Below, one piece after another: positions 25,917-37,708 of a DNA stretch of 64,000 bases. The DNA comes from Hamiltosporidium tvaerminnensis FI-OER-3-3 (taxonomy: Eukaryota; Fungi; Microsporidia), in the NCBI GenBank assembly GCA_022605425.2, contig CM061250.1:868001-932000 (forward strand), read 5' to 3'. The position numbers were made by a program, and so were the translations under genes. The stretch's first letter is position 1; each line of letters begins with the position of its first letter. Below the pieces are notes generated by a model that saw only the letters and a program-made list of their open reading frames with translations, made no database searches and had not been told where the DNA came from.

Positions 25917-27093
25917 TAAAAAAGACTTAATTTTTTTTAAAAAAATATAAACAATATTTATAAATAGACTTAACCAATAAGAAAATAAAGACGAACTGAG
26001 AATAATTTTAAGACTTCTGTTATTTTAAATATTCTATGTGTTCGATTAATATGTCAATAATTTTAGATACATACCATTAACTCAAAAAATAATGTTCATT
26101 TATGAAAATATAAAAATTTGTAAATATTCAACCAATCTTTTTATATTCTGAAAGAATCAAAAATTCTAATTTTTTTAAAATTTTTTAGATTGTATATTTG
26201 ACACAGTCTTCTCCCTTAAATTTGGTAAATTTACACATCAACTCCTTTTTATAAAAATCTAAGTTTCATTCTTTTGTGCTTCGAAATTTTATTTTTACTT
26301 CAAAAACAAAAAATTACTCTTTTTTTTATAAATAATTAGATTTTACAATTAAAATTAAAATATTTATTAAACGTAGATTCTGTGACTATGAAAGACATAA
26401 ATTTATAAATGATTTGCTATTTAAATAGGTTCATAAGATATTTTTTCAATTAATTTTAAATTTACTTATAAATTTGATTTTTATTTATTTTGCTGTTATA
26501 TGTTAAATATTTATAATCTAAAAAAGATTTTACGATTATTTCAAATTTAAATTTATTCATTGAAATAACTGGTTATAATTCAAAGTATTAATTAAAAAAA
26601 TAATCTTTTTTATGGTTATGATAAAATCATTCAAATCGAAAAAAAAATTAATATTTCAATTATTTTAATTTTAAGCTAAAAAAAGAAAGATCAAAGTATA
26701 AAATTTTTAAGATTTTAATAAATTATATTTCTTCTTTGTATTTCTATTTGATTGTAAACTAATTTGAATCTATATTTGCGTAATATTCTAAGATTAAAGA
26801 TATTTTTAGCTTTAAAAAGTAAATTAAGAAGCGAAACTATTTATTTTTATAAAAAATGAGTTTGAATTTCAATTTAATTACTAAAATTTTGTAGATATTT
26901 CTATTAAAATGTTTTTTTGGGTCAAAGAGTTGAAGCCAAAAACAATTAAATTGGTTTTTCTCAACTTGTTTAATAAAAAGACTAAAAAATATTTGATTAT
27001 TTAATAGGAATGTTTATTTTTTATATAAATGAGTTTGATCTTCAATCGGAAATAAAATTAAAATAAAAAAATGGGAATTTGTTTAATTTTTTA

Positions 27094-27817
27094 GTGGATG
27101 GAGGATAATCACATAAGAAACTTTCTGCTTGGCGATGAGTGTGTGAAACAGGTGTGAGAATCATTGTTTGGATTTTTAATGCGAATGAAACCACATTATC
27201 CTTGGTTGTTCCATGGGGGTTGCTATGAGGAGAGATCTAAGAAATTAAGAATCTATTTCTAAAACTTTATTTGTAGTTTTTTACGTAAGGAGATTGCAGA
27301 CCGCAGCTGAACTTGTAGGTAATTGCCATGTAAAAGCATGGAAACCTAGCCTTGCTCATTCGAATTAGAAGACTTAGAGTCTACAAGATATAAAAAATCA
27401 AAACCAGTAAAAGCCGGGAGCGTTAAGTAGCAGATTATACCTGTTGGCATGACATTGCACTGTCTAGGTGGACCCAATGTAAGTCCCTGAAATATATCTT
27501 AGCTAGAAGTTTATTGGGTTCAGAAAGTGTAGAGTAAGTGGTAATGCTGCATAGTCTTGGGGGAGCCCAGGGGGAGCTTCTGAGTTCGATCACACTCAAT
27601 GCAACGGAAATTATCTAACTCCAGGCAACTGCCTCGCCTATTAATAAGGTTCTACACACCTGGTAGATGAAATGCTTTGGGATGTAGGTATCGCAGGGGC
27701 TACTGATGGAGTGTTGGGGTAGCAGTTAATTATGTTAAAACTAGAAATGCGTTAATGTCATGAAAACAAATATAACACTTGCCACTATTTTAAAAAGATG
27801 TGATACTTTTAAATAAA
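27094..27817 (+). mobile_element. ~730-bp non-coding retroposon-like element
   Basis: Starts gtggatggaggataatcac, ends gatgtgatacttttaaataaa; possible degenerate TSD ..taatttttta on both sides. Confidence 0.9.
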
Positions 27818-27975
27818 GCTTCTTTATAATTTTTTACTTGGAAAAACTAAAATAATTCCGAATTTAAATTTTATTTTAATATTTTAAATATTTTTATGAA
27901 TATAAATAAGAAAATTAAGAAGGAAATATTTAAACTGTAATTATAATAAAAATTTATATAAATCTCCATTATAAA

Positions 27976-28221
27976 CTAAAACTTTATCAATTTGTCTAAT
28001 CTTTTACTTTCTTCTTCATCATTAAATAATTCTTTTACGCTTTCTTTTAAAACTTCGATTTCTGCTTTTAATTGTTCTTTTTTAGTTCTTAAAAAATTGT
28101 TTTCTGTTTCTAAAATTACATTTTGCTCCTCTATTTTCAAAGTTGCATTGTAAAATCTCAACAATTTATTATCTTTTTGTTCGTTCAATATTTTAAATAT
28201 TTCTTTTTCATCAAGTATCAT
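27976..28221 (-). CDS. Small coiled-coil hypothetical protein
   Basis: 81-aa ORF with GGGCCC directly before ATG; heptad pattern IEEQNVILETENNFLRTKKEQLKAEIEVL. Confidence 0.65.
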   Translation of the reverse strand: MILDEKEIFKILNEQKDNKLLRFYNATLKIEEQNVILETENNFLRTKKEQLKAEIEVLKESVKELFNDEEESKRLDKLIKF

Positions 28222-28483
28222 GGGCCCAATTATGTCAAAATATTCTTCTCTTTTGAGAAAAATTTCTATTTGATTTAGTATTTATAATTTATTTTGGAAG
28301 TTCAATGTTAAAAAATAAAATCTAAAAGAAGGAATTCTACAAAAATAATATCTTATGAAAGATAAGAATACTCAATAAAAAATGTTTTTAATATTTTGAA
28401 TCGACTTTAATTTTTACATCAAAACTATTTTTTTTCATTATTTTTGTTCAAAAAAAACACAAATTTTGCAAAATGAACCATAA

Positions 28484-28630
28484 AAAAAATAATAAAAATC
28501 AAAGGTAAAAAACCACAAACCATATAAATTTATTAAATAATTTTTAAAAATTCTTCTAAAAAAAATAATAAAAATCAAAGGTAAAAGCCACAAACCATAT
28601 AAATTTTTTAAATAATTTTTCTAAAAAAAT
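28484..28630. repeat. ~75-bp tandem duplication in a divergent intergenic region
   Basis: aaaaaaataataaaaatcaaaggtaaaa.ccacaaaccatataaattt.ttaaataattttt occurs twice in tandem. Confidence 0.85.
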
Positions 28631-28701
28631 ATAACAAGAAGTTGAATATTTTAAATATTTTATATTTACTGCTTGTGATACCCTCTAATAATCTTTAGTG
28701 T

Positions 28702-29253
28702 ATGGAAATTATAAAACTAAACCCCATTCCATCCTCTCTTTCTTCTGTTTATCTCCAAAACGATGATTCTACCGTAATTTGTGCTATTTTTATATCTGAA
28801 AAACAGCCTTCAGAAAAATCTTTAGAAATCGTTTTTGAAAGTTTAAATATTACAGATGACATATCCAAAATAATTTCTAATACAATAGTTAACAACCTAA
28901 CTCTACATATTCATACACAAATACGAATTTGTTTTTATTGTTTAGAAATCGGTAAAAATCTACTGGAAACACTTATAAATTCATATACAATTTCAATATT
29001 GAATACGGGTTTACCACAGAAAGATATGCTAGTATCTTCTACTATCGATGTAGATGATAAACCAAAAGATAATTATAATACAAATAATCCTATTACACTT
29101 GTTTATTCGTTACATAATAATAGTATTACTCAGATATATTTTAATCATAAAATTTCAGCCGCAATATTGCCTGGTAAAATAGAAATTTTAATTGAAAAAT
29201 GCCAATCAAAAGGTGAACAAATCAAAGAATATTTTAATAAAAAATATTTTTGA
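28702..29253 (+). CDS. Exosome RNase PH-like subunit (Rrp46/Rrp41/Mtr3 group)
   Basis: SSVYLQNDDSTVICAI and LINSYTISILNTGLPQKDML match the RNase PH pattern (INAxxxALxDAGIPM); CCC upstream. Confidence 0.7.
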   Translation: MEIIKLNPIPSSLSSVYLQNDDSTVICAIFISEKQPSEKSLEIVFESLNITDDISKIISNTIVNNLTLHIHTQIRICFYCLEIGKNLLETLINSYTISILNTGLPQKDMLVSSTIDVDDKPKDNYNTNNPITLVYSLHNNSITQIYFNHKISAAILPGKIEILIEKCQSKGEQIKEYFNKKYF

Positions 29254-29707
29254 AATAATATTTCTATACTTCTTTGGTCAAAAATATTTATTCTAACCGT
29301 GTTTTTTTAGCAATAAAATGAGAATAAATAATTTTTATAAATCTTTAATATTGAATAAACAACTTTTATTTAATCCTCTAAGCTATCGAATTCTATTATT
29401 TTTACGATATTTTTTAGATATTTTAACTTATTATTGGATTTCAAGGAATAAATTGTAAACTTCAATAAAAATTCAAAAATCTTTGTTATTATTTAAATAT
29501 CTTTTTTACCTTTTAAATTGGGAAGAATAACGTAAATTATTTTTTAATTAAGTTTTCGTAAATATAGGATGATTTTATAAACATTTTGTAAATATTTTTA
29601 ATATTAATAGAAATTGCACGAATTTCTAAAAAAAATCTAAAATTAATAGCATCCGTTATTTAAATCTGTTCAATAATGTATTTCAAATATGAAAATAAAA
29701 AATGAAG

Positions 29708-29711
29708 CCCT
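29708..29711 (+). promoter_or_regulatory. Microsporidian CCC-like motif upstream of a start codon (representative instance)
   Basis: CCC lies within ~25 nt upstream of the ATGs at 5216, 7437, 11069, 28221, 28702, 29712, 32074, 36698, 43649 and 47729; GGGTAAAA lies upstream of 49183. Confidence 0.8.
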
Positions 29712-30503
29712 ATGGAAGATAGAAATACTATTTTTATTATTGTAGGTATGGCGGGTAGTGGAAAATCGACATTTTGTTCGACTCTATTAGAATGGATACA
29801 TGAGAAATATAGAAAAGAAGATCTTGATACAGAAGAAGATAAATATGATTTGGTTCACACAATAAATCTTGATCCGGCAACACTTTCTGAAAATACATAT
29901 ACTACAGATATTAGAGATACGATAAATTATACATCAGTAATGCAAAAACACGAATTGGGACCGAATGGTGGAATTCTTACATCATTAAATCTTTATTTAC
30001 TAGAATTTCATAAAATTATGGATAAATTTACAGAAAAATTCATCATAATTGATACACCCGGACAAATCGAAGCATTTACATGGTCATCGCCAGGAATGGC
30101 TTTGGTTTCGCTATTAAAAAATATTGGTTCTACCGATAATGGTGAATTCAAACCTTTATATGATATAAAGCTGTTATATATCATAGACGCTCCTCTGTCT
30201 CATAAACATGATATTTTTATGTCAAACATGTTGTATGCAGTCTCATTGAAATGTAGATTTGATTTAGAAACGATATGTGTATTTAACAAAATAGATTTAT
30301 CTGAAGACACAGAAAATATTATAGAATGGATACGAGATTATGAAAAGTTTAGAGAATCTTTACCTGAAGATGAAATGAATACACCAATACTTTCATCTAT
30401 GTGTCTCTATTTCGAAGAGTTTTATAAAAATGTAAAATGTGCTTGTGTATCGAGTTTAGATGGAACGGGAAAAGAAGATTTTTTCCGGGTAGTTTTTGAA
30501 TAA
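29712..30503 (+). CDS. GPN1: GPN-loop GTPase 1 (Npa3/XAB1)
   Basis: GMAGSGKST P-loop, INLDPA, LGPNGGILTSLNL, DTPGQIEAFTWS, FMSNMLYA, NKID; CCCT-ATG. Confidence 0.93.
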   Translation: MEDRNTIFIIVGMAGSGKSTFCSTLLEWIHEKYRKEDLDTEEDKYDLVHTINLDPATLSENTYTTDIRDTINYTSVMQKHELGPNGGILTSLNLYLLEFHKIMDKFTEKFIIIDTPGQIEAFTWSSPGMALVSLLKNIGSTDNGEFKPLYDIKLLYIIDAPLSHKHDIFMSNMLYAVSLKCRFDLETICVFNKIDLSEDTENIIEWIRDYEKFRESLPEDEMNTPILSSMCLYFEEFYKNVKCACVSSLDGTGKEDFFRVVFE

Positions 30504-32073
30504 AAAATTTCGATAAAATTTTGTAAATTATAGTTTATTTTTAAAAACGGTTTAAAATAAAAAAAATATTAAATTTTTCAATTCATATATCAATAAAAAA
30601 AGTATCAAAATACTATTAGACAGTGTAATTTCCTAGTCTGTACATATCTTGGTCGTTTTTTTTATTCGAATTGATTTATATTTTATTCCTATTTGCTATT
30701 CAGTTAAATCCCAAAAAGAGCAATATTATTGCCGTAATATGTTAAAAATTTCAGGTGTTGGATTCTCCGAAATATTCTGTTTTAATACAAGTTTGTGCAG
30801 AAATAAATTGTACTTCTATTAGAGGAGTTTATTATATAGTTTCGATATATCCTTCCAAAGTGCTTTATGTATTTTCTTGAATTGAATCTCGGATCTCGGT
30901 CTGAAAAAAATAAAGAATTTACTGTCTTCTTCGATATTACCGACAGATTTTGCTTCTAGTTTGATAGAACTTACAAGTTTTTAAAAATATATTTTGTAAT
31001 ACTAAATCTTTAATTTTAGAAGTTAACAGACACGAGATAAAATTTTATTCATTAAATATGACTGTTAATTTCCTAAGAAGTTATAATAACTGATTTTTAG
31101 AATTAAAGATACTGTATCGAATCTTTTGAAGAGATTTACAGCTTTCAGATTCTTTATATTTAGGTCAAATACTTGGTTGTAATAGTTTAAATATTTATTT
31201 TGAAAAATATTAATATTATTTTCTTAATCTTAATTTCAATATCTTAATATTTTTTCGAATATTTTTGTGTAACCGAATAACGTTGTTTGTGTTTATAAAA
31301 TATTGAGGAATTATCTATTTACCAATAAAAAATATAATCTTCGATTTAAACCATTAAAATTCTTTGTAAATTTGTTATTGTTTCTCAGGTCTCTTGATTC
31401 GAAATTAATTTTATGTTGTATCACAATATTGACATTTGCTTGATATAAAACAAATTAGACTAAGTTTAAATTTCTGGAATTCTGCTTCATCGATTTTCCA
31501 CATATTTGTTTTCTATATTAAATTGAGAGATTTATACAAAGCTAAAATCACATCCTTCTTGATTTTATGTAGTATATACAGAAGTAAACTTGCCATCATC
31601 TAAATGTTATTTCTTCTCGGAAATCTGTTTTGGTTATTACCAGGATTTTTTAAAATGTACTACATATTTTAATATTCGACATTTTACAAATATTTTGTTT
31701 AAAATTAATTTTCTATATTTCTTTATAAGTAATTTGAGAGTTTCACAGCTTAAAATATACCTACCAAGAGTCTTAAATAAAATTTAATTTTTTTTTAAAG
31801 AAACAATTATCTTCATAATAGATAAATAGAAAACCATACCAGGAATATTCATTATAGATATTTCTATAAATGATACAAAATAAATTAAATCAGAAAATAA
31901 AAATATTTAAATTTATTATTGATTTGATTTGTAAACATAGAAGACGTTTAATTCTTTTATTATATCTTTTAAATTTTCTAATTGCTTCAATGTATCTTGA
32001 ATTCTTTGAAACATAATCAAACTGTAACTGTTTTCACATATATTGAAATATTATATTAAATACCCCTATATTG

Positions 32074-34503
32074 ATGGATGAATTTGAAAAAATATATCGA
32101 TTGATAAAGTTAAGTGAATTCATTCGTGAACATTTAAATGTAGATGATAAAACTTTAACCGAATATATTTTATATCTTTTAGAAAATAATAATTTATCAG
32201 AAATTGAAAGTAAATTAGAAATGGAATTGATTATTAAACTTAAAAATTTCTATTGTGAGATAATAAACAACAAAAACAATATTAAATCTTTAACTGATGA
32301 TAGAAACATTATCAATATCTCAAGTATTAAAATAAATAATAATTTGCCACTATTTATTAGAAAAATCAAAGAAAGATATTTGCACGTGGATTTAAATTAT
32401 CGAAAATTGAACAGAAAAAATGAAGATTTTTCGGATGAATTTACGATAAATAAATTCGAAAATCAAATATTTTCTAACGAAACAAAAGAAATAACATCTA
32501 AAGAAAACGATTTGCCAATTTTTGAAAAGAAATATGAAATAATAAATGCAATCAAACGAAATTCAGTTGTAATAATAGAAGGATCAACTGGATGTGGAAA
32601 AACCACACAATTACCTCAATTTCTATTGCCATATTATAATAAGATCGTATGTACACAACCGAGAAGAATAGCAGCAATATCGGTCGCCAAATCAGTATCT
32701 GAACAATTGAAAACACATTTAGGTGAACTCGTTGGTTATAAGATAAGATTTAAAAATGTTACATCAAGAAAAACAAGAATAAAATTTGTTACTGAAGGTA
32801 TTCTATTGAGAGAAATAAAAAATAAAAGATTTTTGGAAAATGATATAATAATTCTCGATGAAACACACGAGAGATCTTTAAATATAGATTTATTAATCAG
32901 TTATTTTAGAAACAATCAATCTTCGAAAATAAAATTAATAATTATGAGCGCAACTTTAAATAGTTATAAATTTTCTAGATTTTTCAATGACTGTCCAATA
33001 ATTCAAATTTTTGCACAAAGATTCCCAATTCAAACAAATTTTTTAAAATATTCGTGTGAAAATCATATAAATGAAACCGCTAAAACTATCATTGAAATAC
33101 ATAAGAATACCAAGGATGGTGATATTTTAGCATTTTTAACTGGTAAAAACGAAATAGATGATGTCTTTGTATATCTAAATACAGAATTAAATAATATAGC
33201 TATGGAGAAAGATTCCCAACCAATAATATTCAAACTTTATAGTGGAATTTCTAAAGAGTATCAGCAAAATGTGTTTGAAAAATACGATAGAAGAAAAATA
33301 ATTCTGAGTACAAATATTGCTGAAACATCAATTACAATTCCGGATTTGACTTATGTTATTGATTGCGGGTTTGTTAAACAAAAAAAATATTATAAATGTG
33401 ATATTTTAGAAACTGTAAAAATATCAAAAGCTCAGGCTATTCAACGTTCTGGTAGAGTTGGTAGATGTAAAGAAGGATTTGTTTATAGATTATATACCGA
33501 AAATGAATATAATGAATTTCTTGATGAGCCGATACCAGAATCACTTAGATGTGATTTTTCAGAAGTAATAATTTCATTATTATGGTTAGGTATTCGAAAT
33601 ATTTTTGAATTTGAAATGATTGATAAACCAATAAATGAGAAAATATTTAAAGCATTAGAAGAATTATATTGGTTGAATGGTATTGAAGAATTGAATCAGG
33701 ATAGTAGAGATTTATATAAAAAAGGTGAACCTCAGATAAAATTAACAGATACAGGAAATAAAATGGCAGAAATACCTTTAAATATAAAATATAGCAAGAT
33801 TTTGATTATTGGTGAATCATTAGGTGTTTTTGAAGAAGTTCTAATTATTTGTTGTATGTTAAATGTTCAAAATATATATGAAGAAATAAGAAAAAACGAT
33901 AAAAATTTTGCAATATTTTTAAAAGTAAAGGAAAATTTCTCTGATGAAAAAGGCAATCATTTTTCTTACCTTAAAATTTACAAACAATGGGCCATGACTG
34001 ATTTTTCTCGAGAATTTTGTAAAACCAATTTTCTTAATTATTTTAGCCTTAAAAATGTTCAAAAGATGATTGATCAAATCAAAAACCAATTTTTAAAATT
34101 TCACAAAAATTATAATTTTGATTACGAAAAGACAGATAAGCTTAAAAGATGTTATGGAAAAGATGAATTAATCATTTATTCGATTTCTTGTGGGTTTTTT
34201 AGAAACGTTTGTAAACGATCTAATTTCAGTTATACTACACTAGATGATAAAAACGAATATTTTATACACCCTTCGAGTGTTCTATATTCCGAAACCCCTG
34301 ATTTAATTATATATTTGGATATTATAACTTCTAAGAAACAATATGTGATAAATTGTTTAAAAATCACACCCGATATTTTGTTCAAATCATCAAACAATTT
34401 TTATTGTATATCTAATGAAATAAAACCTTTGTTTAATAATCGTAAAGAAGATCAAAATTATTTAAAAAAACCAAAAATCGTTTACAATCGACATAAATTT
34501 TAA
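32074..34503 (+). CDS. PRP22: Pre-mRNA splicing DEAH-box helicase, Prp22/DHX8-like (copy 1)
   Basis: GSTGCGKTTQ, TQPRRIAA, DETHER, MSAT, STNIAETSITI, QRSGRVGR; Prp22-type N-terminus (HLNVDDKTLTEYI) and C-terminal IKPLFN. ATG taken at 32074 after CCCC. Confidence 0.85.
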   Translation: MDEFEKIYRLIKLSEFIREHLNVDDKTLTEYILYLLENNNLSEIESKLEMELIIKLKNFYCEIINNKNNIKSLTDDRNIINISSIKINNNLPLFIRKIKERYLHVDLNYRKLNRKNEDFSDEFTINKFENQIFSNETKEITSKENDLPIFEKKYEIINAIKRNSVVIIEGSTGCGKTTQLPQFLLPYYNKIVCTQPRRIAAISVAKSVSEQLKTHLGELVGYKIRFKNVTSRKTRIKFVTEGILLREIKNKRFLENDIIILDETHERSLNIDLLISYFRNNQSSKIKLIIMSATLNSYKFSRFFNDCPIIQIFAQRFPIQTNFLKYSCENHINETAKTIIEIHKNTKDGDILAFLTGKNEIDDVFVYLNTELNNIAMEKDSQPIIFKLYSGISKEYQQNVFEKYDRRKIILSTNIAETSITIPDLTYVIDCGFVKQKKYYKCDILETVKISKAQAIQRSGRVGRCKEGFVYRLYTENEYNEFLDEPIPESLRCDFSEVIISLLWLGIRNIFEFEMIDKPINEKIFKALEELYWLNGIEELNQDSRDLYKKGEPQIKLTDTGNKMAEIPLNIKYSKILIIGESLGVFEEVLIICCMLNVQNIYEEIRKNDKNFAIFLKVKENFSDEKGNHFSYLKIYKQWAMTDFSREFCKTNFLNYFSLKNVQKMIDQIKNQFLKFHKNYNFDYEKTDKLKRCYGKDELIIYSISCGFFRNVCKRSNFSYTTLDDKNEYFIHPSSVLYSETPDLIIYLDIITSKKQYVINCLKITPDILFKSSNNFYCISNEIKPLFNNRKEDQNYLKKPKIVYNRHKF

Positions 34504-34556
34504 AGTATATTTTATAAGAATAATGAATTAAATACTCATTTTTAATTTTTTACATT

Positions 34557-34789
34557 ATTCATTCATCTTCAGCACTACAGTTCGGCACAGGCCTCGAGAT
34601 CCCCAGTAGTGCCGCTCACGGGTATCTTTCAAGTGGGTTCGTTTATTTTTTTGGGTTTTATAACAATTTGGTTTTTTAGGTTGGGTTGTTAGCCTTACGC
34701 CCAACTCGGAGGAGTAGTTCCTTTTAGTCGCTTCTTACAACAAGCAGGGAATACGTCAAGCCAATTCTGCTCCCCGAATGGTGGGGATG
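34557..34789 (-). mobile_element. ~230-bp RTE-derived SINE-like element (copy 1)
   Basis: GC-richer island with RTE-type 5' motifs (ccctgcttgttgtaagaagcgactaa; gttgggcgtaaggctaacaaccc) and an RTE-like 3' end (ctgtagtgctgaagatgaatgaat). Family assignment is from recall, not a search. Confidence 0.6.
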
Positions 34790-35600
34790 AAATTCCTTTA
34801 ATAAAAATAATTTCATATATTTTCCAAAAAAGATACAATATACCTTCTTCGTTCTTTAAAAAAGTTCGATTGTAATATTTAATTTTCTTTAAAATTTACC
34901 AATCTTAATAAGACATTATTTATAAATTAACGACGAGTTCTCAATGGTTACCTTAAAATCCTTTATTAAAATTTGTAAGTAATTATCGATGTCTTTTACT
35001 TTAAAAAAAATATTTCAAATGTAAAATCATAGAAATCGAAAATTTTGTAGCAAATATACAATGAAAAAAATAATTTACGAAGTGTCACTCTTTGATAAAC
35101 CAAAACTCAAGCAGAGTAAAATTTATCTATTATAAATGTTTAAAATTATTTAAGGAGTAATATCAGACTATTCCAATCGAAGAATCCAAAGTTAAAGAAT
35201 AAGAACATAAATCATAGCTCGAAATCTAAGAAGTAAAAGTATTTGATATATTAAAAAAGATATTGAAATAAAAATAAAAAAAATCATTAAAAATATGTAA
35301 AAGATTTAAATAATTTAGATGAAATTTTTTTAATACATCTTGTCGTAAATTACTTCATTGTAATTAATATAATTTTAAAAGTAACACTATTACCAAAAAA
35401 CTTGTAAAGAATCGATAAATATTTGTAAGGTTTCTAAAAAAAAATATTCGTAATAATCTGTTACCAAATATCTAAAATCATTTAAAGTTTAACCAGAAAA
35501 ATAATAAAGTAATTTAGATCGAATATAATAGAAAAAATATTTTTAAAATTTTTTAAAAATAATTACAAATAATATACCAATTCTTAAATAATTTTATTTA

Positions 35601-36698
35601 TTATTCATCGAATTTACATTCTATTTTTGAAAATGCACATTCTAATTCGTTATCACTTTCTTCAAAAGATGAACTAATTGATATTCTTTTAGAAAACCTC
35701 CAATTTTTTATTACCTTTTTCCATTTGTTGAATAAATAATCATCGAATTTATTCCAACAAACAAAATACACATAATTACACGGTATTCCATATCTCAAAA
35801 CACATTCCATATAAACTTTTAAATATTTTATATGAATCATTAAAATAAATATTTCTACAAATAAAGAATTTAAGGATATTTTGTAATTATTTGATGTAAT
35901 TTCATAATCCTTTGAAATTTTATTATTTATTTCCTGTCTCTTCTCATATTCCCCCTTTTTTAAATCATGATTTTTCAAAAAATATCCTTTTTCTTGAATT
36001 TTCTTTTTAATCTCATTTTCTTTACTTTTTATTCCGACGAAAGAAAATAAAATATAGTCATTATCAGAAACAATAACGGAAATACTATCAAAGTGTATGA
36101 ATTCTATATTTCTAAGTAAAGAAAGAAATTCCTTTTCATCTGATTTATTTACTACAACATAAAATTTCTTTATAAACTGTGTTTCTGGCTCTTCATAATT
36201 TATCAATCCTGAAATATTCATTTCTTTAAGATTTCCTTTGGTTTCTCTGTTCATTTTTTCGTATTCTTTAACTATTTTTTCATAATTTTGTGTTTTTTGC
36301 AAATAACTATTTTTTAAAGTCTTATAAGAATCATGTAAGCTTTCTAAAATTTCCTTTAAAAGACTTTCATCATCGTATCGATCAGAAGACCATTTGAATT
36401 TCTTAATATAAAAATCAATGGTGCTATCGTTTATATAAATTTCACCGAATTCTTTCTTTTCCGGTTGTAATTTGTTTTTAACATTTTTTAAAATTATAAA
36501 AAATGTTTCGGTGGTTTGAATTTCCAATTTATCTAAATCTTCAACATGTTTCATCATAAATTCTAAAGATGAAAATCGAAATCTAGGTAAAGAAATTATT
36601 TCGGTTTCTGATTTTGTTAAATGTCGTATTTCTCTTAATAAGGATTCAGAATTGCATTCTTCATCAAAATCATACGGTAAACCAATAAAAAGATACAT
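35601..36698 (-). CDS. VMA5: V-type ATPase V1 subunit C (copy 1)
   Basis: 365 aa; LPRFRFSSLE, FKWSSDRY, KGNL and MIHIKYLKVYMECVLRYGIP match V-ATPase C signatures; CCC upstream. Confidence 0.9.
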   Translation of the reverse strand: MYLFIGLPYDFDEECNSESLLREIRHLTKSETEIISLPRFRFSSLEFMMKHVEDLDKLEIQTTETFFIILKNVKNKLQPEKKEFGEIYINDSTIDFYIKKFKWSSDRYDDESLLKEILESLHDSYKTLKNSYLQKTQNYEKIVKEYEKMNRETKGNLKEMNISGLINYEEPETQFIKKFYVVVNKSDEKEFLSLLRNIEFIHFDSISVIVSDNDYILFSFVGIKSKENEIKKKIQEKGYFLKNHDLKKGEYEKRQEINNKISKDYEITSNNYKISLNSLFVEIFILMIHIKYLKVYMECVLRYGIPCNYVYFVCWNKFDDYLFNKWKKVIKNWRFSKRISISSSFEESDNELECAFSKIECKFDE

Positions 36699-37023
36699 TA
36701 CTATGGGATGGTGTAAAAGAAAAATTTTAATAAAATTGTTATTTCTTCACTCATCAGAAAGTGTGTTTAATTTAATAAAAAATTTTAAATTTGAACTTCA
36801 AACTAAAATCATGTTTAAAGATCGAGAATATAGAATTAAAAAAAGGCTCCAAACAAAAAATAAATAGGAGCTTTGAAAATAAATTTCTGTAAATATCGAA
36901 ATTCATGGTAAAGCAAATGTACAAGAGATTCTTTACGTAATGCTTTAAATAAAATTAAATAATTTAACTTCTAAATTTATGTAAATTTTTTATTTTAACA
37001 TTCTTCTGAATTACAATCTATTT

Positions 37024-37262
37024 TATAACTATTGAATTTAACAAGATATTGTCATTCTAACTTATAAAGAATATAACTGTTGAATTTAACAAGATATTGT
37101 CATCCTAACTTATAAAGAATATAACTGTTGAATTTAAAAGATATTGTCATCCTAACTTATAAAGAATATAACTGTTGAATTTAACAAGATATTGTCATTT
37201 TAACTTATAAAGAATATAACTTTTGAATTTAACAAGATATTGTCATCCTAACTTATAAAGAA
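37024..37262. repeat. 48-bp minisatellite, 5 units
   Basis: Unit tataactgttgaatttaacaagatattgtcatcctaacttataaagaa repeated 5 times (one unit is 47 bp). Confidence 0.95.
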
Positions 37263-37708
37263 TATTTACAGATTTTTTTAGGTTTAATATTTTCTGAAGT
37301 TTGAAAGATTATAATTTTGAATCGATTTCGAATGTTTATGGATTTCTCAACCGTTTTAATCTAGATGCGGTAATTTACATAAATCATAAATATCTTTAGA
37401 TTTTTAACATGTTAAATTTTAATTGTAAACAATTTTGTAATTCTAAATACAAATTACGTTTAAGTTTTGCCATCGACATAACTGCTATTCATTAAATATA
37501 TATAAATAGTATTTGTTGTTCTTTATATATTTAATTTAAAGATTATTCATTTGAACTAAATTATGTAAAATTAGTGTAAAAGATGCTTTTTATTGATTCT
37601 TAAAGAAGATAGCAGATTCTTTGAATGAAGTTGATTTATTGATACAATTCATTAAATATAAAGATTAAATATATAGAAAAAGTTATTCAATAATTTGATA
37701 ATTTATTT

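Noticed and set aside
27700-27760. Hammerhead or twister ribozyme in the 730-bp element (ctgatgga..gaaa; GTGGAGGG)
   Set aside because: Could not assemble the required stems and core nucleotides by eye.
37024-37262. CRISPR-like array
   Set aside because: Contiguous tandem units with no unique spacers, eukaryotic context, no cas genes.
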